A DNA stretch of 64,000 bases from Chrysomallon squamiferum (Eukaryota > Animalia > Mollusca), in the NCBI GenBank assembly GCA_012295275.1, contig CM022677.1:23498001-23562000 (forward strand), written 5' to 3'. Within the stretch, counting starts at the first letter, position 1. Each line of letters begins with the position of its first letter. Both the position numbers and the translations under genes were made by a program. Shown piece after piece: positions 53,554 to 64,000 of this stretch. The notes beneath the pieces were generated by a model. The model was not told the DNA's origin, searched no databases, and worked only from the letters and a program-made list of their open reading frames with translations.

Positions 53554-54777
53554 CATAGACAACTCAATAAAATAAAGTAAAATGAAAGAATATAATAATA
53601 ATAAAATAAAAAATAAAACTTCTCAGAGAATTAAATATTATTCAGTATAATTAATATAAATAAGACTTTGAATATCAGATCTATTTATCTGATTATTATT
53701 ATTATTATTATTATTATTATTTTCTTTTTTACTTATTTAATTATTATTATTATAATTTATTATTTTTCTTTTTTCCAGAAACAGTGATTGGAGGTATGTT
53801 ATCTCATTATTGCTCTTAAAATGTAGTAATGTCTGAAAAATATAATTTGAGATGTACAAAAGAACAATCTGACTGAAATTTTTCTATTTTATGTGATTTA
53901 TAAAATCATTTCTGGGCCAAGATTTATGTATGCATGTATGTATATCTAAATATATTTTAAATATTATATAAACTACCAATATATATATATAAATCATAAA
54001 TATTAACATTTAATAAATTTTAATATATATTACACACACAGACAAACATACATACATACATATATATAAATATATATTATACACACACACACATATATAC
54101 ACACACATACACTCACAGGCATACATATATGTGTGTGTGTGTGTGTATGTGTGTACTTTTAACTGATTAATTTTCTAGATAAAACTTCTGCTATGGTTGA
54201 TATATGTTACAAACTCGCAACAATTCTTAAAGATTGTATTGAGATGAGACTAATTCTAAAGAAACTATTCTGAAAGAATTAAATATATTCATTGTAACTA
54301 ATACAAAAAAATACTTTGCATATGTGATATATTTGATTTAATTTTTTTTTTTTTTTTTTTTTTCAAATATTTTGCTGAAGCGGTGAGTGGAAGTATGTTA
54401 TCTCATTATCTCTCTTAAAATTTTGTAAAATTTTAGAAGTTACTAAAAGTATTATTTCAGAAATAGAAAAGCCCAATCTGATTGAAATGTTTCCTATTTT
54501 ATGTTATTTAATTATGACATTTCTGGGCCAAGCTGTATTCTTTTTTGAGCCATCATTATACGCGAAAATTGCATGACATTAATAAATATCAATATTTATG
54601 TTTTATATAATGTTACTGTGAGCTATCTGTCTGTCTTTCCACCTCTTTATAAACATAATAAAGTGAAATGAAGGAAAATTATTAAAATCTCATTATTAGA
54701 TGTGTATCATATTCTAAATTTAATAAAAAAAAAACTCTGTAAATTGTTTTTCGAATTAATGATGTTATTATATAGAG

Positions 54778-54828
<51 letters not shown>

Positions 54829-57800
54829 TTATTTTTATTTTTTTTTTTTTTTTTTATAAACAACAAATTTACTAATTTATTATTAAATGTCATTCGGTTG
54901 TCAAATAACCTGGTACTAGTAGTGGTAGTAATAGTAATAGTAGTAGTGGCAGTAGTAGAAGAAATAGTAATGTTACTAACTGCTGTTTTTATAGAAGTAG
55001 TATGGAGATAGTAGATGTCATGATAACAATGCGATGGTATTAGTAATATTACTGCTGAGAGTACAATTCATATAGAAAACTAAAGAACATTACATTTTTC
55101 AAACGTGTTGCATTTCTTAAACTAGTTCGGTCCTATGGTTGTACTGTAATGGGGGTTTCTATCTGTTTAGCTGATTAATTTTCTACATAAAACTTCAGCT
55201 GTGACTGATATTTGTTACAAAATCACTATAATTAATCAAAATAAATCTGAATATGAGATATATTTCGCTGATTTCTCTGATTTATTTATTTATTTTTTTT
55301 TAATTTATTATTATTATTAATATTGTTGTTGTTGTTGTTGTTGTTGTCGTTCTTTATAAATATTTTGCAGAAGCGGCGAGTTCAGGTATGTTATGTCATT
55401 ATTTCACTTAAAATTTAGTAATGGTTAAAATAAATAAATAAATAAATAAATAATTAATTAAAAAAGTAAATAAATAAATAAGTAAATAAATTAAATGAAG
55501 TAAAATGAAAGAAAATTATTAAACAACAAAGGAACATAAATCTTCTGCTGTGGCTGATATGTGTTACAAACGCGCCACAGTTCTCAGATATTGTCTTGAG
55601 ATCAGACTGATTCTAAGGAAACTATTCTGAAATCCTTAAATAGTATTCATATCATTAATAAAAAATTGAATATTAGATAAATTTTATTTTATGATTATTA
55701 TTATTTTTTTAATAATTTTTATTCTGTTAACATTTTGCAGACAAGGTGAGTGGAGGTATGTAATTTCATTATTTCTCTTAAAATGTAGCAATGGACGAAA
55801 GTGTTATTTCAGATTTATTTTAAAAGGGCAATCTGATTGAAATGTTTCTATTTTATGTCATTTAACATAACATTTCTGTGCCATTGTTCTTAATATTTAG
55901 AAATGGTTAAAACCAAAAATAATAATTTCAGATGTATAAAAATGCTATGTGATTGTAATTTTTCTACTTGTTCAAATTATCATAACATTTATGGTTTATG
56001 ATATAATCTTTTTCAGCCATCATTATAGAAGAACAAGTCCACACTATTGATGATCTATCTTTCTATCTATCAATGTGTCTATCCTTCTATATATAAACTC
56101 AATAATGTAAACTAAAGTAAAAGAAAAACTTATTAATAACTTATTACTAGACATGTATTTCATTAATTTTATGAATTTTATTAATTCGTTTCTGTACATT
56201 GTTTTAATAAATATAAATTTATTTTATTTTGCAATATAACGAATTTATCATTTTTTGTTAAATGTGATTTGATTATAAAGTGATACTAAACGTAATCTAT
56301 GTTTTCAGGATCAGAAGATACAAGCGCTGCATTAGTTGTGGTAATCGTCTTGATGTTTATTGCAATTGGCGTAGCAATATTTATTTTTATCCGGTGAATA
56401 CCATCATTGACATTTCTAAAAAAAATTAAAATAAATATAAATCCCAGAATCTGCATAACATCAAAATTGCGATCCCTCCCCCTGATTTCAGTGTACTATA
56501 AACTTTTTATTGGTTCTATATATTTCGAAATTGTTATTTGATTTTGTGTTATATGTTATAAATAGTGCACCAAAAATTAAAACCAAACTTGATGAGGTTT
56601 TTCTGAGAATGATGTATGTTACGCAAACGTTTACAATATCAAAAATGATGCACATGACGTGATTTTACTGGATGTATCAAGTTCACTGCAAGTATGAACA
56701 AAAATAAATAAAGTGAGTAAGCCTCGGAGATTATCTACAATGCATCACAGGGCAGACATTTGAAAGACTTGATCTTCTTACTCGGTAGATTTCATATATA
56801 TATATATATATATATATACATGATGGGATCAATACACTCATGCATGTTCAGGACTTTCGAATATTCTATGGGTTGCATATGGGGAGCATGCAGTCAAGCC
56901 TATGGTGAATGGAAAGGAAGTGCAAAGGGCATTCCGAGGTCATTTTTTTATGGTTGAAAAATGTTTGAAAGGCATACTGATCACTGAAGTGATGGATGTT
57001 AAACCGAGTTTTGCTCACTGTTATAGATATTTAACTCATTGTTGGCAGGGAATGTCAAATTAGATGCAGATTGTGTCAATGAATCCCGCATCACAATGAA
57101 AAAAACATGTTTGAAAAGAGAAAACCTTAGTTTTCTGCGGGATCCAGGACAAATAAACTGTGGATTTCTCACGCGAACATGGTAACACTGGCTTGAATGC
57201 TTGTCTTGGCAGAACAAATCGGCTCCTGGAGAGACATCTTTGTAATTTGGTGGCAGATCAAGTCGGCTATGAAATAATTACGTACACTGAAGCATCGGCT
57301 CCTGAAGAGAATGTTTGTCTCTGTTTGCTACTGCTGGACACGTCACCAGTCTAAAGTAAGCTTATCTCTGCCTGCATAACATTAAGCAATTAGAGTGAAA
57401 GAATCCAAATGTATTCGTTGGGAAGAGAAATTCTGGGCTGGTCTTGGTTGAGTCTGATGGACGTCTACTAGGCAGAATTACCGAGGACCGACGTACCTTG
57501 TGGATAACGTCATTTCCTGCCTACTGTGAATACAACGCTGCCATGCAGGAGTTCAATAAACGTACACATATATCAAGAAGCCAAGAGCATAAGGAACAGG
57601 TTGAAAAGAGATCCAGTGGACCTGTCAAAATCAGAGAAATTCTTGAACAGCACAAACTCTCTGAGATATATAATAATTGGCATTGTTGTTGATGGTCATG
57701 TAGCAGCAAGAAAACTGATGATTGAAAAAAATGATGGGGCAGCCAATTTTTATTACACGTATAAATCAAAAGTCAAACACTGACACTTGCTAGCGCTTAG

Positions 57801-58538
57801 GCAAACAACATATTCACGAACACGGATAAAACACAACTTGCCATTGCAACAGATGACTATGCCGATGGCCTCTCAGATGAAGACGTCACCAATAAGGTAA
57901 AAACAGAATTATCTGCTGGCTGGTTGTTCACTGATTCGCCGTATTCAGTGAACAGACAGCAGGACATGTGCTGTAACAGCAGATGCTTCAGTGTACGAAA
58001 TTATTTCATAGCCGACTTGATCTTCCACCAAATTCCATTCCTAGCGTGTGTTTTTTTAAACAAAATTATGATATGGTTAGCCAAAGACTGTACTTGATGC
58101 ATCTGACTGGTGTTGAAATGTAAATTAATCATATGTACGAAGAACGCAGACAAACTGCTGAAGGTGGTGCAATGCAACTGCACTACAGTGCTGCACTATT
58201 CAACGCTCTACTACTAGGAGGTATGCATTACTGTGATTAACAGCTGTGCACATTCGTATTACGTCAGCTTGAAGTCAAATATATGTTTTTGTTTCAACTT
58301 TTAGGGCTTTATTTGCAGCAAATCTTGCCTATGACATCAAATCGTATATTGACCTATGTCTTTTTACTAATCACTTAATTTGTGTGTGTATATGTGTGTA
58401 TATGTGTGTATATGTGTGTATATCTGTGTACGTGTGTTTTTCATAATTATTATTGTTATTAATAATTTATTATTATTATTATTTTTATTATTATTATTAT
58501 AAGGAAGAAAGATGCAGCAGAGTAGATTAAGCGGTTGA
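47084..58538 (+). CDS. Gene D: 6-TSR single-pass membrane protein with 15-nt micro-exon stalk
   Basis: Leader 47084-47135 (MRSVIVLAVIQKCLLLY, same 52-nt length and TCGACATG context as gene C); TSR 47608-47787, micro 48033-48056, TSR 48183-48341, 49260-49445, 49810-49995, micro 50311-50322, TSR 50494-50652, 51034-51219; 15-nt exons starting at 52114, 52445, 53779, 55371, 55741 (+ eroded copies); TM 56309-56393; tail from 58508. Confidence 0.8.
47608..47787 (+). CDS. Gene D TSR-like exon x (4 Cys)
   Basis: 180 nt, DATWGFW..GDCEDTC..NCTGGNCNP. Confidence 0.75.
48183..48341 (+). CDS. Gene D short TSR exon y, not in ORF track
   Basis: 159 nt, GIWTPWEPATTVQCTDTCTRLSLYARHCKPRFTCSGGYFKQSFETCSNGFCHI. 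Confidence 0.8.
   Translation, partial: EFGHRGNQRRLYSAQTRAPDCHFTLDTVNPGLHVLVAISNSLSKHAQTDSVI
49260..49445 (+). CDS. Gene D TSR exon z, not in ORF track
   Basis: 186 nt, DDSWSEWVLDSNKCSVTCGNG..RGCMNPAPKDGGEICQG..TCVREKCS. Confidence 0.85.
49810..49995 (+). CDS. Gene D TSR-like exon x' (4 Cys)
   Basis: 186 nt, GWSSWWSGPVGDCAPNC..RCIGHYCET. Confidence 0.75.
50494..50652 (+). CDS. Gene D short TSR exon y'
   Basis: 159 nt, GSWSEWTLQQNGSCTKMCGRKLLYRRSCYPNDTCRG..YCTDGSCDV. Confidence 0.85.
51034..51219 (+). CDS. Gene D membrane-proximal TSR exon z'
   Basis: 186 nt, DGGWSSWKDNTGNCSVTCGGGLRQIVQKRKCNNPEPVKGGRDC..TCKVSPCP. Confidence 0.9.
51900..56100 (+). repeat. Degenerate tandem intron units each carrying a ~15-nt micro-exon
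   Basis: Recurring tttgcag|15 nt|gtatgttatctcattat..cttaaaat and ctgtggctaatatttgttaca..aattctaaggaaacta blocks. Confidence 0.8.
56309..56393 (+). CDS. Gene D transmembrane exon
   Basis: GSEDTSAALVVVIVLMFIAIGVAIFIFIR, 85 nt, phase 1-2. Confidence 0.85.
56820..58300 (+). mobile_element. Decayed transposon-like coding relic in a gene D intron (family unassigned)
   Basis: GC-richer, microsatellite-free block with frameshift-linked fragments (TLWITSFPAYCEYNAAMQEF / RLKRDPVDLSKSEKFL..LRYIIIGIV); no equivalent in the paralogous short gene A intron 13592-14036. Confidence 0.45.
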
Positions 58539-58709
58539 GCCGTTAAGACGAATCCTGAAACAAGGACTATTATTAACTTTGATGTAAAACACCGACAAAT
58601 GGATTAACATTGATGCACTATAATAGTAGTTACATCTGTCAATGTGATCGTTTCTGAAATAAAGTGGTATATTTGATTTGTAAGTTATGCTTAATAATAA
58701 TAATAATAA

Positions 58710-58750
<41 letters not shown>

Positions 58751-58867
58751 ATAATAATGTAATGAAAATACACACACCAAATTATAAATAGAGAAATCCT
58801 AAAATGATATAAAAAGAAATCTTAAGGTGTTGATATTTAACTATGACTAATTACTATATTTTTCTTC

Positions 58868-58898
<31 letters not shown>

Positions 58899-59619
58899 GT
58901 TGTTGTTGTTGATATTATTGTTAATCATAATAATAGAATAGTTAAGTGAAAAATTATGAAGAACATTTTTTTGTATTTCAGTTACATGATGTTACGTCAC
59001 GATTTGTAACAGGAAGGCAGCACGTTGAAAATATGATTTTACCTGATGACACACTGAGCTGAAATCTACAGTTTCTTTATTCAGATATACCTTTACCTTC
59101 TCTACTCTGCTATGCTCTCTTCTTTTCTTCTTTCTTCCTCCCTCAGCTTTGGTTCAAAGTTGCCTGGTTCACCATGAATACAACAGTGTTTGAAAAAGTT
59201 TGGAAATATGTTAAATCTGGCTAACACAGTCATCATTTGAACAACTGGACGTTTGATGTTCTAAAAAAAAGCAATAAAAGAAAAAGAAAAGAAAAGAAAA
59301 AGAAACAACAATACTGCACCCAGTTTTGGTTGACTAATCACGCAGGTATTGCTACACGTTCTGTCACACTGGTTTTATCATGACGTAACAAGTAATGTCT
59401 ATGTTTCACCTGTTTAGTGTTAATTAATTTTGCTTAAATAGGTTATCCTTCAACTGTTCGTACTTATTTAATGTAAACACAGTCACCAAGTTTTGACGTT
59501 AAATAAATATGTGACGACCATAAGATGTGTCATTTTGGGTACTTTTTAATCGCTTTTTTGCAGTCCGTTGAAACGTTGTTTTTTTTTTTTTTTTTTGTTT
59601 GTTTGTTTTTTTAAGATAT

Positions 59620-60136
59620 TTTGTCATTTCACCCAAACCCTGATAGCTGTTGACTGAAAAGTGTTGATACTTGTAGATTACAATATAAAGTTTGATAGAG
59701 ACTTATGTAACAAGGTCCATGATGGTTCATCGCGCCCCAATGAGCAAGCCACAGGGGTCCTATGGGCCATGATCTCAAACAGTGAAACTATCTAGACACT
59801 ATAAAGGTGTAAAAAAAAAATAATAATAATAATAAAAAAAAAAAAAATAATAATAATTCCTGTTCAGGAATGAATTGCCTTTTTGATAGATTTAGCAAGG
59901 ACACCCAAAATCAAATCTGCCTCAAATTAGCTTATTTCTACCTGGACAGGCTCAATAAATGCATATAGTGTGTCTCGGAGATTTTCTAAGAAATTGAACT
60001 TCATAGTCCACATCGTCACCTTTTGTTTGTGTGATTACACCGATGTAGTGAACAGTGCTCTTCATTATCTCCGTTGAAAAGAAACCTCTGTCTGGCTTCC
60101 GTTCTTTCTTTGTTGGCATTTAAAAAAAATGTTTTG

Positions 60137-60212
<76 letters not shown>

Positions 60213-61400
60213 CAGATACAACACTCTGGTCTGTTCTGAAGAAAATCAATACCAGTAATTAATAATCTATCAAGTAACACTGATTTTTATGGTTATAAAT
60301 TCCTTTGAAAGGCAGTGGGATCTCAAAGAGGCTTATCGTACCCACAGAAAATGGTTCATTGATCCCAAACACCACTTTCATTATGTTAGCCCAGTAAATC
60401 ACATGGCTGATCGACTAAAACTGTATTTAGAAGTCAAAAGAAATTATAAAAAAAAAAAAAAAAACCAACTAAAAATCACAAAGCTTTACAGGATCTATGA
60501 TATATGTATTATCACTTCAGTATTAAACTGTACCCCCAAAAAAAAAAAAAAAACACACACACACCAACATTACCTAAAGTTGTCAAAAACCTCCTTTTTA
60601 ACAGGTATGTTGATGGACTGATCCAAAGCTCTCTAAAGAATATTGGTGAAAGTCACATCTATAGTAGTTGCTTTGATGGTGGATAGATGTCTCTACCATT
60701 TGGCAGTCAGGAGTGTATGGGATGGCTCAAAGTTTGACCATAGCTCTTCAGTCCCCAGTTTCCGTAAGCGATTTCAGGGATGTGCATCTGTTAAGTAGTG
60801 ACAACTCTTTTCAGGAGATCTGCTGAAAATTATTCGCAACTGTAAGGGAAACTGGGGCCCGATGAGGCCATTTCACACAAACCTTGACAGCTGTTGACTG
60901 AAAACAACTGATGCCTATAGCGGCATTATTGCTGTCGATTACAATACGGAGTTTGACAGGTTGTCTTCAACACCATCGTGTAGGAGACGCTTATGTCCGT
61001 GATGGCTCATCAGTGAGATAAGAGACCAGTGAGCTACTTATCAGAGTCCTGTGGGTCATGATCTCAGCCAGAAACAACACACACACATATATATATATCT
61101 TGTTGATTTTTTAAATTCCGGTCATAAATTTCATCTGAGACGCACATATTGTTATAATCTAAGGGGTGAATTACATTTTCAAGACACTGACCTCAGTCTA
61201 GGAACTCTTATATTATTGACCCAGGGTCCGTGGTTTCCGTGTAGTTTCAAGAGTCCTAAACTAATGGTGAATCTGATTCAAGACTGAACTGATCAAAACT
61301 GCCAGTGAATTATACGATTCAGCCTTTTAGTAGTTTGCTCGCCAGGTTTAGCAAGGACACCAAAACTCTAATCTGCCTCAACTAAGCTTATTTCCTCCTA
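59620..61400 (+). repeat. Diverged two-copy direct repeat (about 59620-59940 and 60870-61400) between genes D and E
   Basis: Shared blocks AGCTGTTGACTGAAAA, GATTACAATA..AGTTTGA, GTCCT.TGGG.CATGATCTCA, TTTAGCAAGGACACC..AATCTGCCTCAA..AGCTTATTTC. Confidence 0.6.
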
Positions 61401-62646
61401 GGTCAACTTAAAGATGTTAATGTTTTTACTCACAGTTTTTTATTCAGAGCTCCTAATTTTGAAGCACGGTATTACAGTTACGCATTTCCCTGACGTTAAT
61501 ATCACACAGACTTTCTATACAAATGATATGAACGAAAACATCGCTTTTCAGTCGGGTTTTTGTAAATCTGAGAATATTAGGTGCGATAAAAATACAAATG
61601 GCAGTGCAAATGTAAACTGACTGTCTTTATCAAATAACAACATGAAGATTTTGATTTCTTTCTATATTTTTCTTCAGTCAATACAAACTAATAAAAATAA
61701 AAATAAAAATCACTTTGCAATAGCCTAACTACTTACATAAATGTTAAATTTAGTCTGTCCTTAATTTACATGATTTTGTTCTTTTCACTTTGTTAAACAC
61801 ATTAAAACTCTTTCTACGGTGGAGTCCCAAAACATAGTTAAACGCTTGTAAGTATAATGAAACGTATGAAGACGTAGCAAATTTAATTTTCATTAAATCA
61901 AATGTAAACTAATAAAATAAAATTCGTATTATGATAACGAAATACATTATTCATTGCAAAAAATGAAATAAAACTTCATTCTTCAAACTATATTGTTTAT
62001 AATATATTTTTGTTTTATTTCATTTTCTTCTTACTATTATCAGTTAGTGTTGTTGTTCTTCCTCACTATAGGACATGTCCTTTGAGTCATTACACAATAC
62101 AAATACTGATACTGAAATATATTGTATTACTCTTAAGCTGACAGTTTACCAGTGTATGTATTGCCAACACTACGATAGTTGCAGCTGGAGACAGTTACAT
62201 ATCAATATCAAAATTGGGATCTTAAAATGTAATATAACATTGACAGCAATGGCTATCGAATGATGCTTCAGTGACGTATTGTAGCTGAAGTATGACTGTA
62301 AAGTAATTAAACAAATTAAACTGAAATCCAGACAATAATGCGAAACATTAAATGATTACTGTCTCTGAAAGAAGAAATGACTGAAATAAAAAAAAAGGGC
62401 AAGTCTGTGGTGATGTGACTAGCAATCACGGCAGTTGGAATAACTTCCAATACCTCTGATTGTAATGTCTTGCCCAAATGCAACATTATTTGCTCATGGA
62501 AACGGGAAGTGTTATCATCAGATCGCATAAATGCTTTCAAACAAACAATAGAAAAAGAAATGATTGAATAAGCAGAAATTTGTTTAATTTCGTTTCTTCA
62601 ATTTTTCTCAATTTCTGACATTGGATAGTCATAAGCTATAAAGTCT

Positions 62647-63184
62647 TTATCCAATTTCTTTTTCTATTTTGTGAAGTGGATGTTCCATATTTGTTTCTTG
62701 CTCTTTCTTGTTCTTTCTCCTGAAAAGAATATGGTATTACATATAATTATTAATTAATTTTAAAATCTATTTTACATTTTGGTTTATAATTTTGAAAATT
62801 ATATATATTTAAAATAACACTGAACCATTGCTTTGGCTAAGTGAGAGAGACAGTCGATGGGGAAGTGAAATGATAACAGACCCAAAACATCATGCATCGA
62901 ACAAACGAACATCATCACTGAGAATTAACTTTTCAGCACTTTACTGATTTATCTTTTCCTGTGTAAGACATGATGAAATATACCTTGCTGTTAATCGATT
63001 ATATGTAGTAGGCAAAGCTATTGAAATTACCTTTTTTTAACCGCAAATATAAGAATTACAGCCACAGCCGCTGCACCTACTACACCAGCAGCGGCAAATA
63101 AGTAAGACTTGTTGAAACCTGAGGAAAAATAAGTAAATGCAAATAACACATGCTCATATATTGAATGGCATATGTATTCTGTTG

Positions 63185-63275
<91 letters not shown>

Positions 63276-63517
63276 TGTTCTCATTAACATATCATATATA
63301 ATTAAATTATAAACAATATAAAATTTTACTTCATTTTTTTTACCTTATTGACAGATTATAACAGTTACAAAATTTATTCGAAAGAAAAAAGATCAAACTT
63401 TTAAATTGGATGGTATATCTACAAATAAATAAAAATAATAAAAAACATATTATGTTAAAAATTCAGTACAACCGTCAGACTTTCCTTCACTTTGTATCTT
63501 TGTTGCTGATACGTTTC
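62647..63517 (-). CDS. Gene E (3' end only): paralog of gene B; stalk exon, TM, tail
   Basis: Exons 63517-63473 (45 nt, GNVSATKIQSEGKSD), 63118-63031 (GFNKSYLFAAAGVVGAAAVAVILIFAVKKR), 62719-62647 (RKNKKEQETNMEHPLHKIEKEIG*); introns, (AG)n tract and 3' region align with 19145-20250. Confidence 0.75.
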
Positions 63518-63854
63518 CTGCAAATAAATACAGATATCACAAACAGCATCAATTACCTAAACAAATCTACCGCACACACACACAAACACAGAAACAGAAG
63601 ATTATACGCACATACATAGAGGAACATTTTATATAGAATATTGTTATTTTTCTTTTTCTAATTCTTTTTGTAAATGCATGTGTGTGTGTGTCTACGTGTG
63701 TCTGTGCGTGTGTGTGTATGTGTGTCTGTGTGTAAGTAAAACAAAATAAAAGTGAAAGAAATTATTAAAAGGAAAAGAAGGTAGACAGCAATGAAAATAG
63801 CAGAGGATTACTTTAGACCCAGAAAGAAGAATTAAACACACACATGCGTCCACA

Positions 63855-63960
<106 letters not shown>

Positions 63961-64000
63961 ATTTATGTATTTGTCTCTTTGTATAACAAGTTCATGCCTT

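Noticed and set aside
665-58538. Naming the genes hemicentin, SCO-spondin, properdin, ADAMTS, SEMA5, UNC5, BAI or THSD7
   Set aside because: No diagnostic non-TSR domains seen and the architectures do not match; similarity would come from generic TSRs (gene A's 5' end and most of E lie outside the window)
62316-62540. 74-aa minus-strand ORF in a block conserved with 19145-19260
   Set aside because: Paralogous copy has an in-frame TAA; similarity is explained by the B/E duplication, which also preserves introns

Overview
AT-rich, microsatellite-dense, intron-containing animal genomic DNA (invertebrate-like, possibly a mollusc/cephalopod; organism is inference only), with one 200-N assembly gap. 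The ORF track misses the real content, which is a tandem cluster of five paralogous genes: A(+) 3' part 665-14121, B(-) 19325-~26150, C(+) 31141-43626, D(+) 47084-58538, and the 3' end of E(-) 62647-63517. They encode predicted single-pass membrane proteins (E's ectodomain lies mostly beyond the window): N-terminal leader exon, thrombospondin type-1 repeats (TSR; one phase 1-1 exon each), linker/stalk, TM exon (phase 1-2), short tail. The key observation is that the linkers/stalks of B, C and D are built from tandemly duplicated, frame-preserving micro-exons with a different unit in each gene: 33 nt in C (15 intact, 3 dead, plus one 21-nt stop-containing exon), 24 nt in B (4 copies), and 15 nt in D (about 8 copies, some eroded). 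This suggests a fast-evolving cell-surface TSR receptor/adhesin family whose ectodomain length and modification could be tuned by exon skipping or copy number. All gene models are manual splice-site predictions; no expression evidence is available. Several decayed DNA-transposon relics lie in introns and intergenic DNA.
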